A stretch of 43,939 bases of DNA from an uncultured bacterium (GTDB taxonomy: Bacteria > RBG-13-66-14 > B26-G2 > WVWN01). The DNA is taken from NCBI GenBank assembly GCA_965602215.1, contig CBFCYS010000002.1:1-43939 (forward strand), written 5' to 3'. Below, piece by piece: positions 36,354-43,939 of this stretch. Within the stretch, counting starts at the first letter, position 1; each line of letters begins with the position of its first letter. A model generated the notes under the pieces. The model saw only the letters and a program-made list of their open reading frames with translations. It was not told the DNA's origin and ran no database searches. Position numbers and translations under genes: made by a program.

Positions 36354-37604
36354 ATGAAGAAGTTTACCGGCGAATACGACGAGATACTGCGAGGCGTGCT
36401 ACTTTTAGTACTGCTCGCGCTGCTCGTCTGGCGCTACCTGACCGCCGTGAGCGACGTGTTGACGCCGCTTTTCCTGGCGCTGCTCATCGTCGTCGTGGCG
36501 TTCGGGATGCGCATCAAGTGGGCGCGGGGCGTCGGCTATTTCGTCGCGGCCCTGGCGGTCGTCTGGTTCTTCTCGCTCATATGGAAACTATTGTTCCCGT
36601 TCGTGGCCGCGTTCGTCATCGCGTACCTGTTGTCGCCCATCGTGGCGGCGCTCGACGAGCGCGGCGTCCCCCGCGGCCTCTCGGCCTTCGTCCTGGTATT
36701 GCTCGCGCTGATGGCCGTCGCCGCGGCGCTCCTCATGATCGTACCGCCTGTAATCGGCCAGATAACCAACTTGGTGGCGTCGCTGAATAATCTGCCCGGG
36801 CAAATGGAGACGTTTTTCGGAAACGCCAACGATTGGTTCTCGACGCTGGAGGAGTACGAGCCGTCGCCGTACGCCAAGCCGATTATCGACAACCTAATCT
36901 TGCGCGCCCAGGACCTCTTCGCCGCTCTCTTCGAGCGGGTGCTCGCCTTCGTCACGTCGCTTTCTCAGCTCGCGACCCACATCGTCAACATCATCATAAC
37001 GCCCATCATCACCTTCTACCTCCTCCGCGACATGCCGAAGATTAAGCGCTGGGTGAAGGGCCGGGTGCCGCGCCGCTACGTCGACGGGGCCGTCGAGACG
37101 TACCGCGAAATAGACCGCGTCCTGGCGGGGTTCATCCGGGGTCAGTTCATCGTCTCCGCGGTGGAGGCCTCGTTCGTCACCGTGGGCCTTACCGTCATCG
37201 GCGTCGAGTACGCGTTGCTTTTGGGGATATTCGCCGGTTTCGCCAACATGGTGCCGTACGTCGGGACGTACATCGGCGCCATTCCGGCGCTGGTCGTTAT
37301 CCTGTTGGGGCCGGACCCGGGTCGGCGGCTCGTTCTGGCGCTTGTCCTGTACGTGGTGGTGAACGTCTTCGACGGGTACATCCTGGCGCCGCGGATAGTG
37401 GGGCGCCGCGTCGGCCTGCACCCCGTCGTCACGATGGTCGCGATGCTGGTGGGCGCGAAGTTCTTCGGCGTGGTGGGCTTTTTGGCCGCGGTCCCGGTAA
37501 CGGCGACGTTGAAGATATTGGCCCAGAAGCTCGAACGGCGTTACCTGGAGGGGCCTTATTACAAGCGGCCTCCCGAGGCCGAGGACCCCGGCGGCCCCCC
37601 GTAG
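36354..37604 (+). CDS. AI-2E family (PerM/TqsA-like) transporter
   Basis: PFVAAFVIAYLLSP, FYLLRD, FIRGQ, N.VPYVG, L.PRIVG..VGLHP. Confidence 0.9.
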   Translation: MKKFTGEYDEILRGVLLLVLLALLVWRYLTAVSDVLTPLFLALLIVVVAFGMRIKWARGVGYFVAALAVVWFFSLIWKLLFPFVAAFVIAYLLSPIVAALDERGVPRGLSAFVLVLLALMAVAAALLMIVPPVIGQITNLVASLNNLPGQMETFFGNANDWFSTLEEYEPSPYAKPIIDNLILRAQDLFAALFERVLAFVTSLSQLATHIVNIIITPIITFYLLRDMPKIKRWVKGRVPRRYVDGAVETYREIDRVLAGFIRGQFIVSAVEASFVTVGLTVIGVEYALLLGIFAGFANMVPYVGTYIGAIPALVVILLGPDPGRRLVLALVLYVVVNVFDGYILAPRIVGRRVGLHPVVTMVAMLVGAKFFGVVGFLAAVPVTATLKILAQKLERRYLEGPYYKRPPEAEDPGGPP

Positions 37605-37617
37605 CGGGGGCCTTTTT
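37593..37617 (+). terminator. Intrinsic terminator
   Basis: ggccccc…gggggcc-ttttt overlapping the stop codon. Confidence 0.7.
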
Positions 37618-37630
37618 CGTAACGCCTTGA

Positions 37631-37659
37631 TTGACATAGGACTTCAGTTTTCATACTAT
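37631..37659 (+). promoter_or_regulatory. Sigma70 promoter of the CBS/cNMP operon
   Basis: TTGACA (37631-37636), 17 bp, TACTAT (37654-37659). Confidence 0.75.
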
Positions 37660-37684
37660 AGAATTTCGCGAGGTCACAAGTAAT

Positions 37685-38980
37685 ATGGATGACGAGTTGC
37701 GAGGACTTATACGCGCGGATTTCGACCGGCTCCTCAAGCGCGAGCGCCTCGACGTCTCGGCCGCGGTCGAGCGCCTTATATTGATCCAGACGGTGGAGGG
37801 CCACGCGCACAACGGCCACGGCGCGTTCCGGCCGCGCCGCTTCGTCGACGTCACCACCGCGGACGTCGTCCGCGCGCTGCGGCTCGACGCCGCGAAGGTC
37901 AAGCGCGCCCGGCAGAAGTTGATAGACGACGTCTTCGGGTGGGTCGAGCGCGCCGTTGCCGGCGAAGACGCGACGGCGCTGGCGGACGCCGACGGCAAGC
38001 CGCTTTTTTCCGTGCCGTTCCTTGCCGATTTCACCGTCGAGCCCGCGGCCGTCCTGCGCGGCATATACGTCGGCGGCAAGCGCGACAACTCGGACGTGCG
38101 GGCCGGGGTGGAGGCCGAGACCGGCATCACCATCGGCGGCGGCTCCTGCTACGTCGTGGACGCCGACGTCATGCGCGAGATGGACCTCGACAGCGAGAAG
38201 CTGTCCCACGGAGCGCACGAAGACGAGATAGAGGAGTTCCGCAAAAACGGCCTCATCGTCGAGCTGCCGCCGGAAGAGGTGGACGACGACCGGTACCGGT
38301 ACCTGTACATCCGCGACCGGGCCGGCCCCGGGCACTCGGACGACGCGGCCTTCGTGCTGGCGGGCGCGATTTGGGGCGTGGACTGCGCGTTGGGGGTCTT
38401 CCTGGCCGACGCCGTCGATACCATCGAGAAGTATTCGGAGAAGTATACCGACCAGGACGACGAGCTGAGCGCGGCCGCCGCGGCCGGCGACGCCTACGAG
38501 CCGTCGTGGGAGCGCGACCTGAAGGACCTGACGTTCCTTTCCGCCGTACCCGAGGACGACGACGACCTCGTGCCGGACTCGTCGCTGCGGTATTTCCTGC
38601 GGGTGGACGTGGACGCCAGCCGGTGCGCCCTTCAGAACCATCTCGACTTCATCGCCGGCCGCCCCACCGTGCCGATGATCGTGGGCTTCGACCGGGTTCT
38701 GAGCGTGAAGTTCTACCGGTGGGCGCGCGAGCGGCTGGTGGAGTACGAGGCGCGGCTCGAGGCGCCGGCGGGCGCCGCGACGACGCTGCGGTCCGTCGCC
38801 GGCGTGGTGGACCGGAAATTCCTTACGGTGAACGTGAACGACCCGCCCGAGAAGGTAGTGGAAGCGTTCGCGAACTCGAGCGCCGAAGTGGCGGTGGTCG
38901 TGGACGACGACGGCGCGGTGGTGGGGACCGTTCGCGCCGCGGACCTGCTGCGGTTTTTATGGGGGCGGCGCGAGCGATGA
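37685..38980 (+). CDS. Hypothetical protein, unrecognised acidic N-terminal domain plus one C-terminal CBS domain
   Basis: C-terminal TVNVNDP..KVVE.F…AVVVDDDG.VVGTV...DLL. Confidence 0.7.
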   Translation: MDDELRGLIRADFDRLLKRERLDVSAAVERLILIQTVEGHAHNGHGAFRPRRFVDVTTADVVRALRLDAAKVKRARQKLIDDVFGWVERAVAGEDATALADADGKPLFSVPFLADFTVEPAAVLRGIYVGGKRDNSDVRAGVEAETGITIGGGSCYVVDADVMREMDLDSEKLSHGAHEDEIEEFRKNGLIVELPPEEVDDDRYRYLYIRDRAGPGHSDDAAFVLAGAIWGVDCALGVFLADAVDTIEKYSEKYTDQDDELSAAAAAGDAYEPSWERDLKDLTFLSAVPEDDDDLVPDSSLRYFLRVDVDASRCALQNHLDFIAGRPTVPMIVGFDRVLSVKFYRWARERLVEYEARLEAPAGAATTLRSVAGVVDRKFLTVNVNDPPEKVVEAFANSSAEVAVVVDDDGAVVGTVRAADLLRFLWGRRER

Positions 38981-39438
38981 TCGCGCGCGACGAGCTCGGC
39001 CGCAACCGCCTCTTCCGCGAGTTCTCGGGCCAGGAACTCGACATGGTCCGCATCGTCGTCGACGAGGGGACGTACAACGACGGCCAGTTGATCATCAAGG
39101 AGGGCGCCGCGGGCGAGAGGCTCTACCTTATAGACGCCGGCAAATGCTCCGTCACGACGCAAATATCCGGCGCCGGGACCGAGGAGATAAAACTCCTGGG
39201 CGAGGGCGATTTCTTCGGCGAAATGTCGCTCATCGAGGCCGCGCCGATTTCGGCGACGGTGTACGCCCGCGGCAGCTGCCGGCTGTTGTGGCTCGAGCGC
39301 AAGGCGTTCGACCGCTTGACCGCCGAGGATATGCCGGTGGCCAATAAACTGCTCAAGGCGATAATACTAAACTTTTGCGAGCGAGCCCGCGAGACGACGG
39401 CTAAGATCGAGGGCTACTATAAGATGAGCCAATTTTAA
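38977..39438 (+). CDS. Stand-alone cyclic-nucleotide-binding domain protein
   Basis: ATGA overlap with the upstream gene; LF..FS..EL, IIKEG..G..LYLI..G, GDFFGEMSLI…SATV.A. Confidence 0.85.
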   Translation: MIARDELGRNRLFREFSGQELDMVRIVVDEGTYNDGQLIIKEGAAGERLYLIDAGKCSVTTQISGAGTEEIKLLGEGDFFGEMSLIEAAPISATVYARGSCRLLWLERKAFDRLTAEDMPVANKLLKAIILNFCERARETTAKIEGYYKMSQF

Positions 39439-39447
39439 ACTCGAGCC

Positions 39448-39912
39448 ATGGAAGGCCGCCTTAAGATACTGTCCGAGTGCGAACTCTTTAAGACGCTGCC
39501 GCCCGAAGCGTTGGAGACGGCGGCGGCGCGTTGTACCGAGGGCGAGGCCGAAGCGGGGAAGGCGCTCGTCGTCGAGGGGAAGCCGGCCGACGGCCTTTAC
39601 GTTATCGTCGAAGGCAACGTCGACTATATTAAGAGGGTGGACGAGAAGCGGGGGTTGGTGCTGCTGCGGTGGCAGCCGGGAGACGTCGTGGGTCTGGACG
39701 GCCTGATGGACGGCAAGGAGCATTACGTTTCGGCCGTGGCCGCGACGCCGGTGAAGTACTTGCATCTCTCGGTCGAAGATTTTTGGGCGGTGTGCGCCGC
39801 GGACCCGCTTTACGAACACCGTTTGTTCGGGCAAACGTTGCTTATCCAGAGCGCCGGCCTTCGCCAGACGACGGTCCGCCTGCGCGAGTTCCTGGCCAAG
39901 ATAATCAAGTAG
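39448..39912 (+). CDS. Second stand-alone cyclic-nucleotide-binding domain protein (divergent pocket)
   Basis: LFK.L, LVVEG.PADGLYVIVEG.V, PGDVVG…SAVA. Confidence 0.8.
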   Translation: MEGRLKILSECELFKTLPPEALETAAARCTEGEAEAGKALVVEGKPADGLYVIVEGNVDYIKRVDEKRGLVLLRWQPGDVVGLDGLMDGKEHYVSAVAATPVKYLHLSVEDFWAVCAADPLYEHRLFGQTLLIQSAGLRQTTVRLREFLAKIIK

Positions 39913-40057
39913 CCGGGCGCGGCGCACGGCCGGGTCGGCGTCACAACGTATCGCGTTCACCTTGGCCCTCTTCAGGGGCCAAGTCCTTTATTAAGATTTT
40001 CCCGGGCGACGGCGTACGCGCGCCGTGGCGGCCGGCCCGGGCGCCGTTAAAACCGAG

Positions 40058-40900
40058 ATGAAGTCGACCGAGAAAAACAACGGCGGCGAAAGCGAAGAGC
40101 TCGAGCCCAGGCGCCGGATGCGCGCCGCGGCGAAAAAGCCCTTCGGCCGCGACTACGCGGAGGCGATACTCATCGCCGTGGTCGTGGCGTTCGTGCTGCG
40201 CGCTTTCGTCGTCCAGGCTTTCAAGATACCTTCGGGTTCCATGAAACGGACCCTGCTGGTGGGCGACTACGTAGTGGTGGAGAAAGTGAGCTACCGCTTC
40301 CGAGCGCCGGCCCGCGGCGACGTCGTCGTCTTCAAATATCCCCACCAGGACAACGAGATGACGGTCGGCAAGTGGTTTCGCGAGACGTACGAGCTCGTCG
40401 TCCACCGCCGCCGCGTCCCGCGGCGCGATTACGTGAAGCGCGTTATCGGCGTTCCGGGCGACGTCGTGTTGGGGAACGGGGCCTACGTGTACGTTAACGG
40501 CCAACCGCTCCGCGAGCCGTACCTGTACGACGCGGCGTCCTACGAATTCGGGCCGTTCAAGGTCCCGCCGGACGCGTACTTCGTGATGGGCGACAACCGC
40601 GCCGAGAGCCGCGACAGCCGGTACTGGGGTTTCGTGCCGCGCGACCTCATAAAGGGGCGGACCGCGCTCGTGTACTGGTCGTGGTGCCCGGACTACTGCC
40701 CCAAGCACCGCGCGCGCGTCTCCCGCCTTTACCGAACGCGGCTCGCCGGAACCGAAGGGGGCGAAGAGCCGACGAGGCCGGAGTACATCTGCGACGCCGG
40801 CGGCGAAATACTGATAGACGGCGAGGACGTCCGCCTGACGAAGTGGTACGAGTTCTGGCGCCACGTGCGGTGGGGAAGGGTGTTATCGGCGGTGGAGTGA
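40058..40900 (+). CDS. lepB: Signal peptidase I
   Basis: TM anchor, IPSGSM..TL.VGD, YVKRVIG.PGD, MGDNR..SRDSRYWG. Confidence 0.93.
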   Translation: MKSTEKNNGGESEELEPRRRMRAAAKKPFGRDYAEAILIAVVVAFVLRAFVVQAFKIPSGSMKRTLLVGDYVVVEKVSYRFRAPARGDVVVFKYPHQDNEMTVGKWFRETYELVVHRRRVPRRDYVKRVIGVPGDVVLGNGAYVYVNGQPLREPYLYDAASYEFGPFKVPPDAYFVMGDNRAESRDSRYWGFVPRDLIKGRTALVYWSWCPDYCPKHRARVSRLYRTRLAGTEGGEEPTRPEYICDAGGEILIDGEDVRLTKWYEFWRHVRWGRVLSAVE

Positions 40901-40939
40901 TTTCGGCGCGGGAAGTCTTTTACGCGCGGGTCGTAGGCG

Positions 40940-43564
40940 TTGGGCAAAATAATTAGAAATATTTGGCCTGTTTTAATATCGTTGGCGGTCGCGGCCTCGC
41001 CGGCCGGCGCCACGGTTCTCCAGGACCCCGACGAGGGTGAGGTGGGCGATTTTTTTGTATACTTCGTGCGACCCGGCGACGAGGAATTTTCGTTGGAGGG
41101 GGAGGAGGCCGCGGCGTGGGTAGAGAAGGTCCGGGCGGAACGCGGCCTTACCGCGCCGCTGGAGGCCGTGACCGCGGGCGAGGCCCGCGCCGAGCTGGAG
41201 GAGCCGCCGCTCGGGCCGGACGAGGTGCGCTTCGTGGTGGACGAAGAGACGGGGTGGATTGAATATCTTATAAAAGAGGACACGGTGTCGCTGTACCGCG
41301 ACGCGACCGTCTCGTACGGCGAAACGACGCTGACCGCGGACCGGGTGCGGTTCTTCTCGGGCCGCGACCTCGTCGTCGCGGAGGGGTACTGCGAGCTGAC
41401 CGACCCCACCCAGACCATGCTCGGCGTGCGGATGTCGTACGACCTCGAGACCGGGAAAGGCGTCATCCTGGAGGGCGACGCCGAGTCGGCCCAGGGCTAC
41501 TACCGCGGCCGGCGCATCAAGAAGATAGAAGAGAAGACCATCGCGGCGCAGCGCGGCTCGTTCACCACCTGCGACCTGGGCGAGCCGCACTACCGCTTCT
41601 GGTCGCCCAGGCTCAAAATCTACGTGGAGGACAAGGTGGTAGCGCGGCCCGCGGTCCTCTTCATGGGCGAGGTCCCGATAGCGGCGGCGCCTTTCTACTT
41701 CTTCTCCCTCCGCAAAGACCGCCACTCCGGCTTCCTGGCGCCGTACATCCGTTATGCTAAACGGGATAAACTTACGGTCAATAACGGTTTCTATTGGGTC
41801 ATCAATGACTTCTCCGACGCCACTTTCCTGTTGGACTATAACGCCACAAAGGGGTGGCGCAAGGGCGCGAACCTGGTTTACCTCTACGGCAGCCGCTCCA
41901 CCGTCAACAACTTCTACGCCAGCCACATGCGCCAGCGCGATGAGGCCGTCGAGTGGTGGAAAATATATTCCTCCCACCGCCAGGACTTCACCGACAACGC
42001 CGCGGCGCTGCTGCGCCTCGACCTCCGCAACAGCACCGCGTACGACGATTACTTCGACGAAGATTTCGAGATCCGGACCGAGCAGAACCTCCAGTCGTTC
42101 GCCAACGTCTCGCAGAACTGGACCGACTACCAGCTTTCGGTCGACGCGCGTTTCACGAAAGAGAAGACCGAGGAGGGCGGAAGCTCGTCGCAGTTGGGGA
42201 TACTCCAGGCCGAGCCGCCCCACGAGACCGAGCCCTACGGCGGCACCATCCAGCGGACCAGGGACCCGTTCCCCCGCGTCAACTTCTACGCCACGCGCAA
42301 AGAGCTGGCCGAGACGCGCTTCTACTACCAGTACAACGCGAGCTGGGTAAACTACTACGATTTCGAGGAGGCGGGCTCGGTGCTCAAGGAGGGCTCGGCG
42401 GACCTCTCGACGTCGCGGCCGCTGACCCTATTCCGCTACCTTAGGCTGGACCCGGGCGCCGCCGGCCACGGCTACTGGTTCGACCGCGACAGGTTCGGCC
42501 GCAACAACCGCTTCCTCGGCACCTGGGACGCCGCGGTCAGCGCCTCGACCAAGGTCTACGGCATCTTCGAGCGCGGCGAAACCGTCTTCCGCCACATCGT
42601 CAACCCCGCCGTTTCGCACAGCTACCGGCCCGACATCGACCAGTCGTGGATGGTCGACGGCGGCGCGGTCTACCCCGAGCAGAGCATGCTCTCGTTCGCG
42701 CTGCGGCAATCGTTCGACATCAAGTTCCCCGAAGAGGAAGAAGCGGAGGCGGACGAGGCCGGCGGCGAGGGCCCGGCGCGCTCGTGGGAGGACGTGTACC
42801 GGCCCAAGCGCGGCGGCGTGGAAGCCCCGCGCGGCGGATCCATCCCGCGGCTGCGTAAGGCGTCGACGTTGGGGAAGGTGGTCAACCTCGCGACGTGGGA
42901 CACCTCCGCCACCTACAACCTGGGGCCGCTCAGTTACCCGGGCGAACGGCCGTTCAGCAACCTCGTCAACACCGTAGAGATTTCGCCCAACTTCCGCGAT
43001 TGGTATTTCTTGTCCCACCAGCTACAGCTCACCAACGATATGTACGACTTCACGTTGCTCGACCTCGACGCTACGACGACGATATCGTTTACGACCGGGC
43101 CGCTGGGGCGGGAGGAAGGCGAGCTCGACCAGTCGTGGCGCGACGCCACGGACGCCTACGGGGAACCGCGCACGCCGGAGGACGAGGACCTCGACCCCAA
43201 CGTCTACAACATCGATACCATAACGGGCCGGCGTTACGAGGCCGGCGAGGGGATGGGCCGGGGTTGGAACTTCTCGCTCACGCACGACTACACCTGGTCC
43301 GAGGGCGGCTTCGACCTCCACACGTTGAAGGGGGCCTTCTCCTTCGACCTCACCAAGAAGTGGCGGATGGGCTACGACGCCTACTACGACATCGCCGAGC
43401 GAGAGGTTATCAGCGAACACTACCGCGTATACCGCAACCTCCACCGCTGGGAGGCCGAGGTGCGTATTTCGTTGGAACGCGGAGACGTTATCTACTGGTT
43501 CCAGATACGCTTGATAGACATCCCCGAGATAGAATTCTATACGACGCAAACGCGGACGTTCTGA
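40940..43564 (+). CDS. lptD: LPS-assembly protein LptD-like beta-barrel
   Basis: Signal peptide, OstA-like domain, FTTCD…PHY, RHSGFL.P, C-terminal R.LH.W…F.I.L. Confidence 0.85.
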   Translation: MGKIIRNIWPVLISLAVAASPAGATVLQDPDEGEVGDFFVYFVRPGDEEFSLEGEEAAAWVEKVRAERGLTAPLEAVTAGEARAELEEPPLGPDEVRFVVDEETGWIEYLIKEDTVSLYRDATVSYGETTLTADRVRFFSGRDLVVAEGYCELTDPTQTMLGVRMSYDLETGKGVILEGDAESAQGYYRGRRIKKIEEKTIAAQRGSFTTCDLGEPHYRFWSPRLKIYVEDKVVARPAVLFMGEVPIAAAPFYFFSLRKDRHSGFLAPYIRYAKRDKLTVNNGFYWVINDFSDATFLLDYNATKGWRKGANLVYLYGSRSTVNNFYASHMRQRDEAVEWWKIYSSHRQDFTDNAAALLRLDLRNSTAYDDYFDEDFEIRTEQNLQSFANVSQNWTDYQLSVDARFTKEKTEEGGSSSQLGILQAEPPHETEPYGGTIQRTRDPFPRVNFYATRKELAETRFYYQYNASWVNYYDFEEAGSVLKEGSADLSTSRPLTLFRYLRLDPGAAGHGYWFDRDRFGRNNRFLGTWDAAVSASTKVYGIFERGETVFRHIVNPAVSHSYRPDIDQSWMVDGGAVYPEQSMLSFALRQSFDIKFPEEEEAEADEAGGEGPARSWEDVYRPKRGGVEAPRGGSIPRLRKASTLGKVVNLATWDTSATYNLGPLSYPGERPFSNLVNTVEISPNFRDWYFLSHQLQLTNDMYDFTLLDLDATTTISFTTGPLGREEGELDQSWRDATDAYGEPRTPEDEDLDPNVYNIDTITGRRYEAGEGMGRGWNFSLTHDYTWSEGGFDLHTLKGAFSFDLTKKWRMGYDAYYDIAEREVISEHYRVYRNLHRWEAEVRISLERGDVIYWFQIRLIDIPEIEFYTTQTRTF

Positions 43565-43590
43565 GAGCCGCTGAAACGCCGAAAAATAAC

Positions 43591-43620
43591 TTGACTTTCC
43601 GGCATATTGTGTTATATATA
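43591..43620 (+). promoter_or_regulatory. Sigma70-type promoter for the downstream gene/leader
   Basis: TTGACT (43591-43596) and a TATATA-like -10 at about 43613-43620. Confidence 0.55.
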
Positions 43621-43668
43621 CGGCTAAGTACGCTGAGAGGAAGTTTTTGCGATGATGATACGTAAATT

Positions 43669-43830
43669 GGCATACCACCCGGAGCTCCTTCCGCGGATAA
43701 CGCGGGAGGGTGTTTCCTTTTCCGGGTGGGTTACTATGCCTGCTGCCCGGTGGCGAGGTGTAATTCTTTGAGATTAAAGTAGTTGCGCTCAACGGTTACG
43801 CCGACCCACCGACCCGACTCGGTGGGTTTT
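43669..43830 (+). promoter_or_regulatory. Structured leader: long hairpin plus terminator-like hairpin
   Basis: ggcata/tatgcc, cacccgga/tccgggtg and ccttccgcg/cgcgggagg nested stems (43669-43740); acccaccga…tcggtgggt-ttt (43804-43830). Confidence 0.5.
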
Positions 43831-43878
43831 CGATTTTATTTTTTAACGGCAACGACTCCGCCACGGAGATAGTATGAT

Positions 43879-43939
43879 ATGAGCGATAAAAAGACAGCGT
43901 TAACGCACGACCCGAAAGGAGGGTCGGAGATGGCGGCCG
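43879..43939 (+). CDS. 5' end of a gene running off the window
   Basis: ATG 43879 after GGAG, or in-frame ATG 43930 after AAGGAGG; frame open to the edge. Confidence 0.45.
   Translation, partial: MSDKKTALTHDPKGGSEMAA

Noticed and set aside
43631-43645. TPP riboswitch (GCTGAGAG motif)
   Set aside because: The downstream ACCTGAT…AATGCC…GGGA core is absent
43652-43771. 39-aa leader peptide MMIRKLAYH…
   Set aside because: No amino-acid run typical of attenuator peptides; it coincides with a strong RNA hairpin; no independent coding support
319-43792. Numerous long antisense and alternate-frame ORFs (e.g. 319..2118, 2167..4350, 28130..28933, 40973..42223)
   Set aside because: Shadow ORFs expected in high-GC DNA; they overlap well-supported genes and lack recognisable motifs

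Overview
GC-rich bacterial chromosomal window from a diderm organism (LptD, beta-barrel proteins). It is mostly housekeeping: a giant exported TPR protein, NAD kinase, the rpmF-plsX-fabH-fabD-fabG-acpP-fabF-rnc operon extended by an acyl-CoA dehydrogenase, suhB, tsaD, a probable 6S RNA, rarA, tRNA-Gly(CCC), an AI-2E family transporter, lepB and lptD. The most striking part is 29.5-35.4 kb. There a REP-associated tyrosine (HUH/Y1) transposase sits among eight GTAG-type REP hairpins of two subtypes. These bracket cargo modules (HicBA, a PIN toxin-antitoxin-like pair, the RAYT itself, and next to them an AT-rich DUF1828/DUF1829-type pair). Each insertion appears to sit at the 3' end of a gene of an ancestral three-gene operon and to be flanked by a ~45-60 bp duplicate of that gene's 3' tail, which suggests a REP/RAYT-linked gene-cassette accumulation site. 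Other notable items: a bacterial membrane protein with DPY19 (C-mannosyltransferase)-like motifs, a chimeric rarA-tail/6S-tail remnant, a perfect palindrome filling the spacer of the rpmF-fab promoter, and a CBS plus two cNMP-binding-domain operon. All family assignments come from motif recognition, not database searches.
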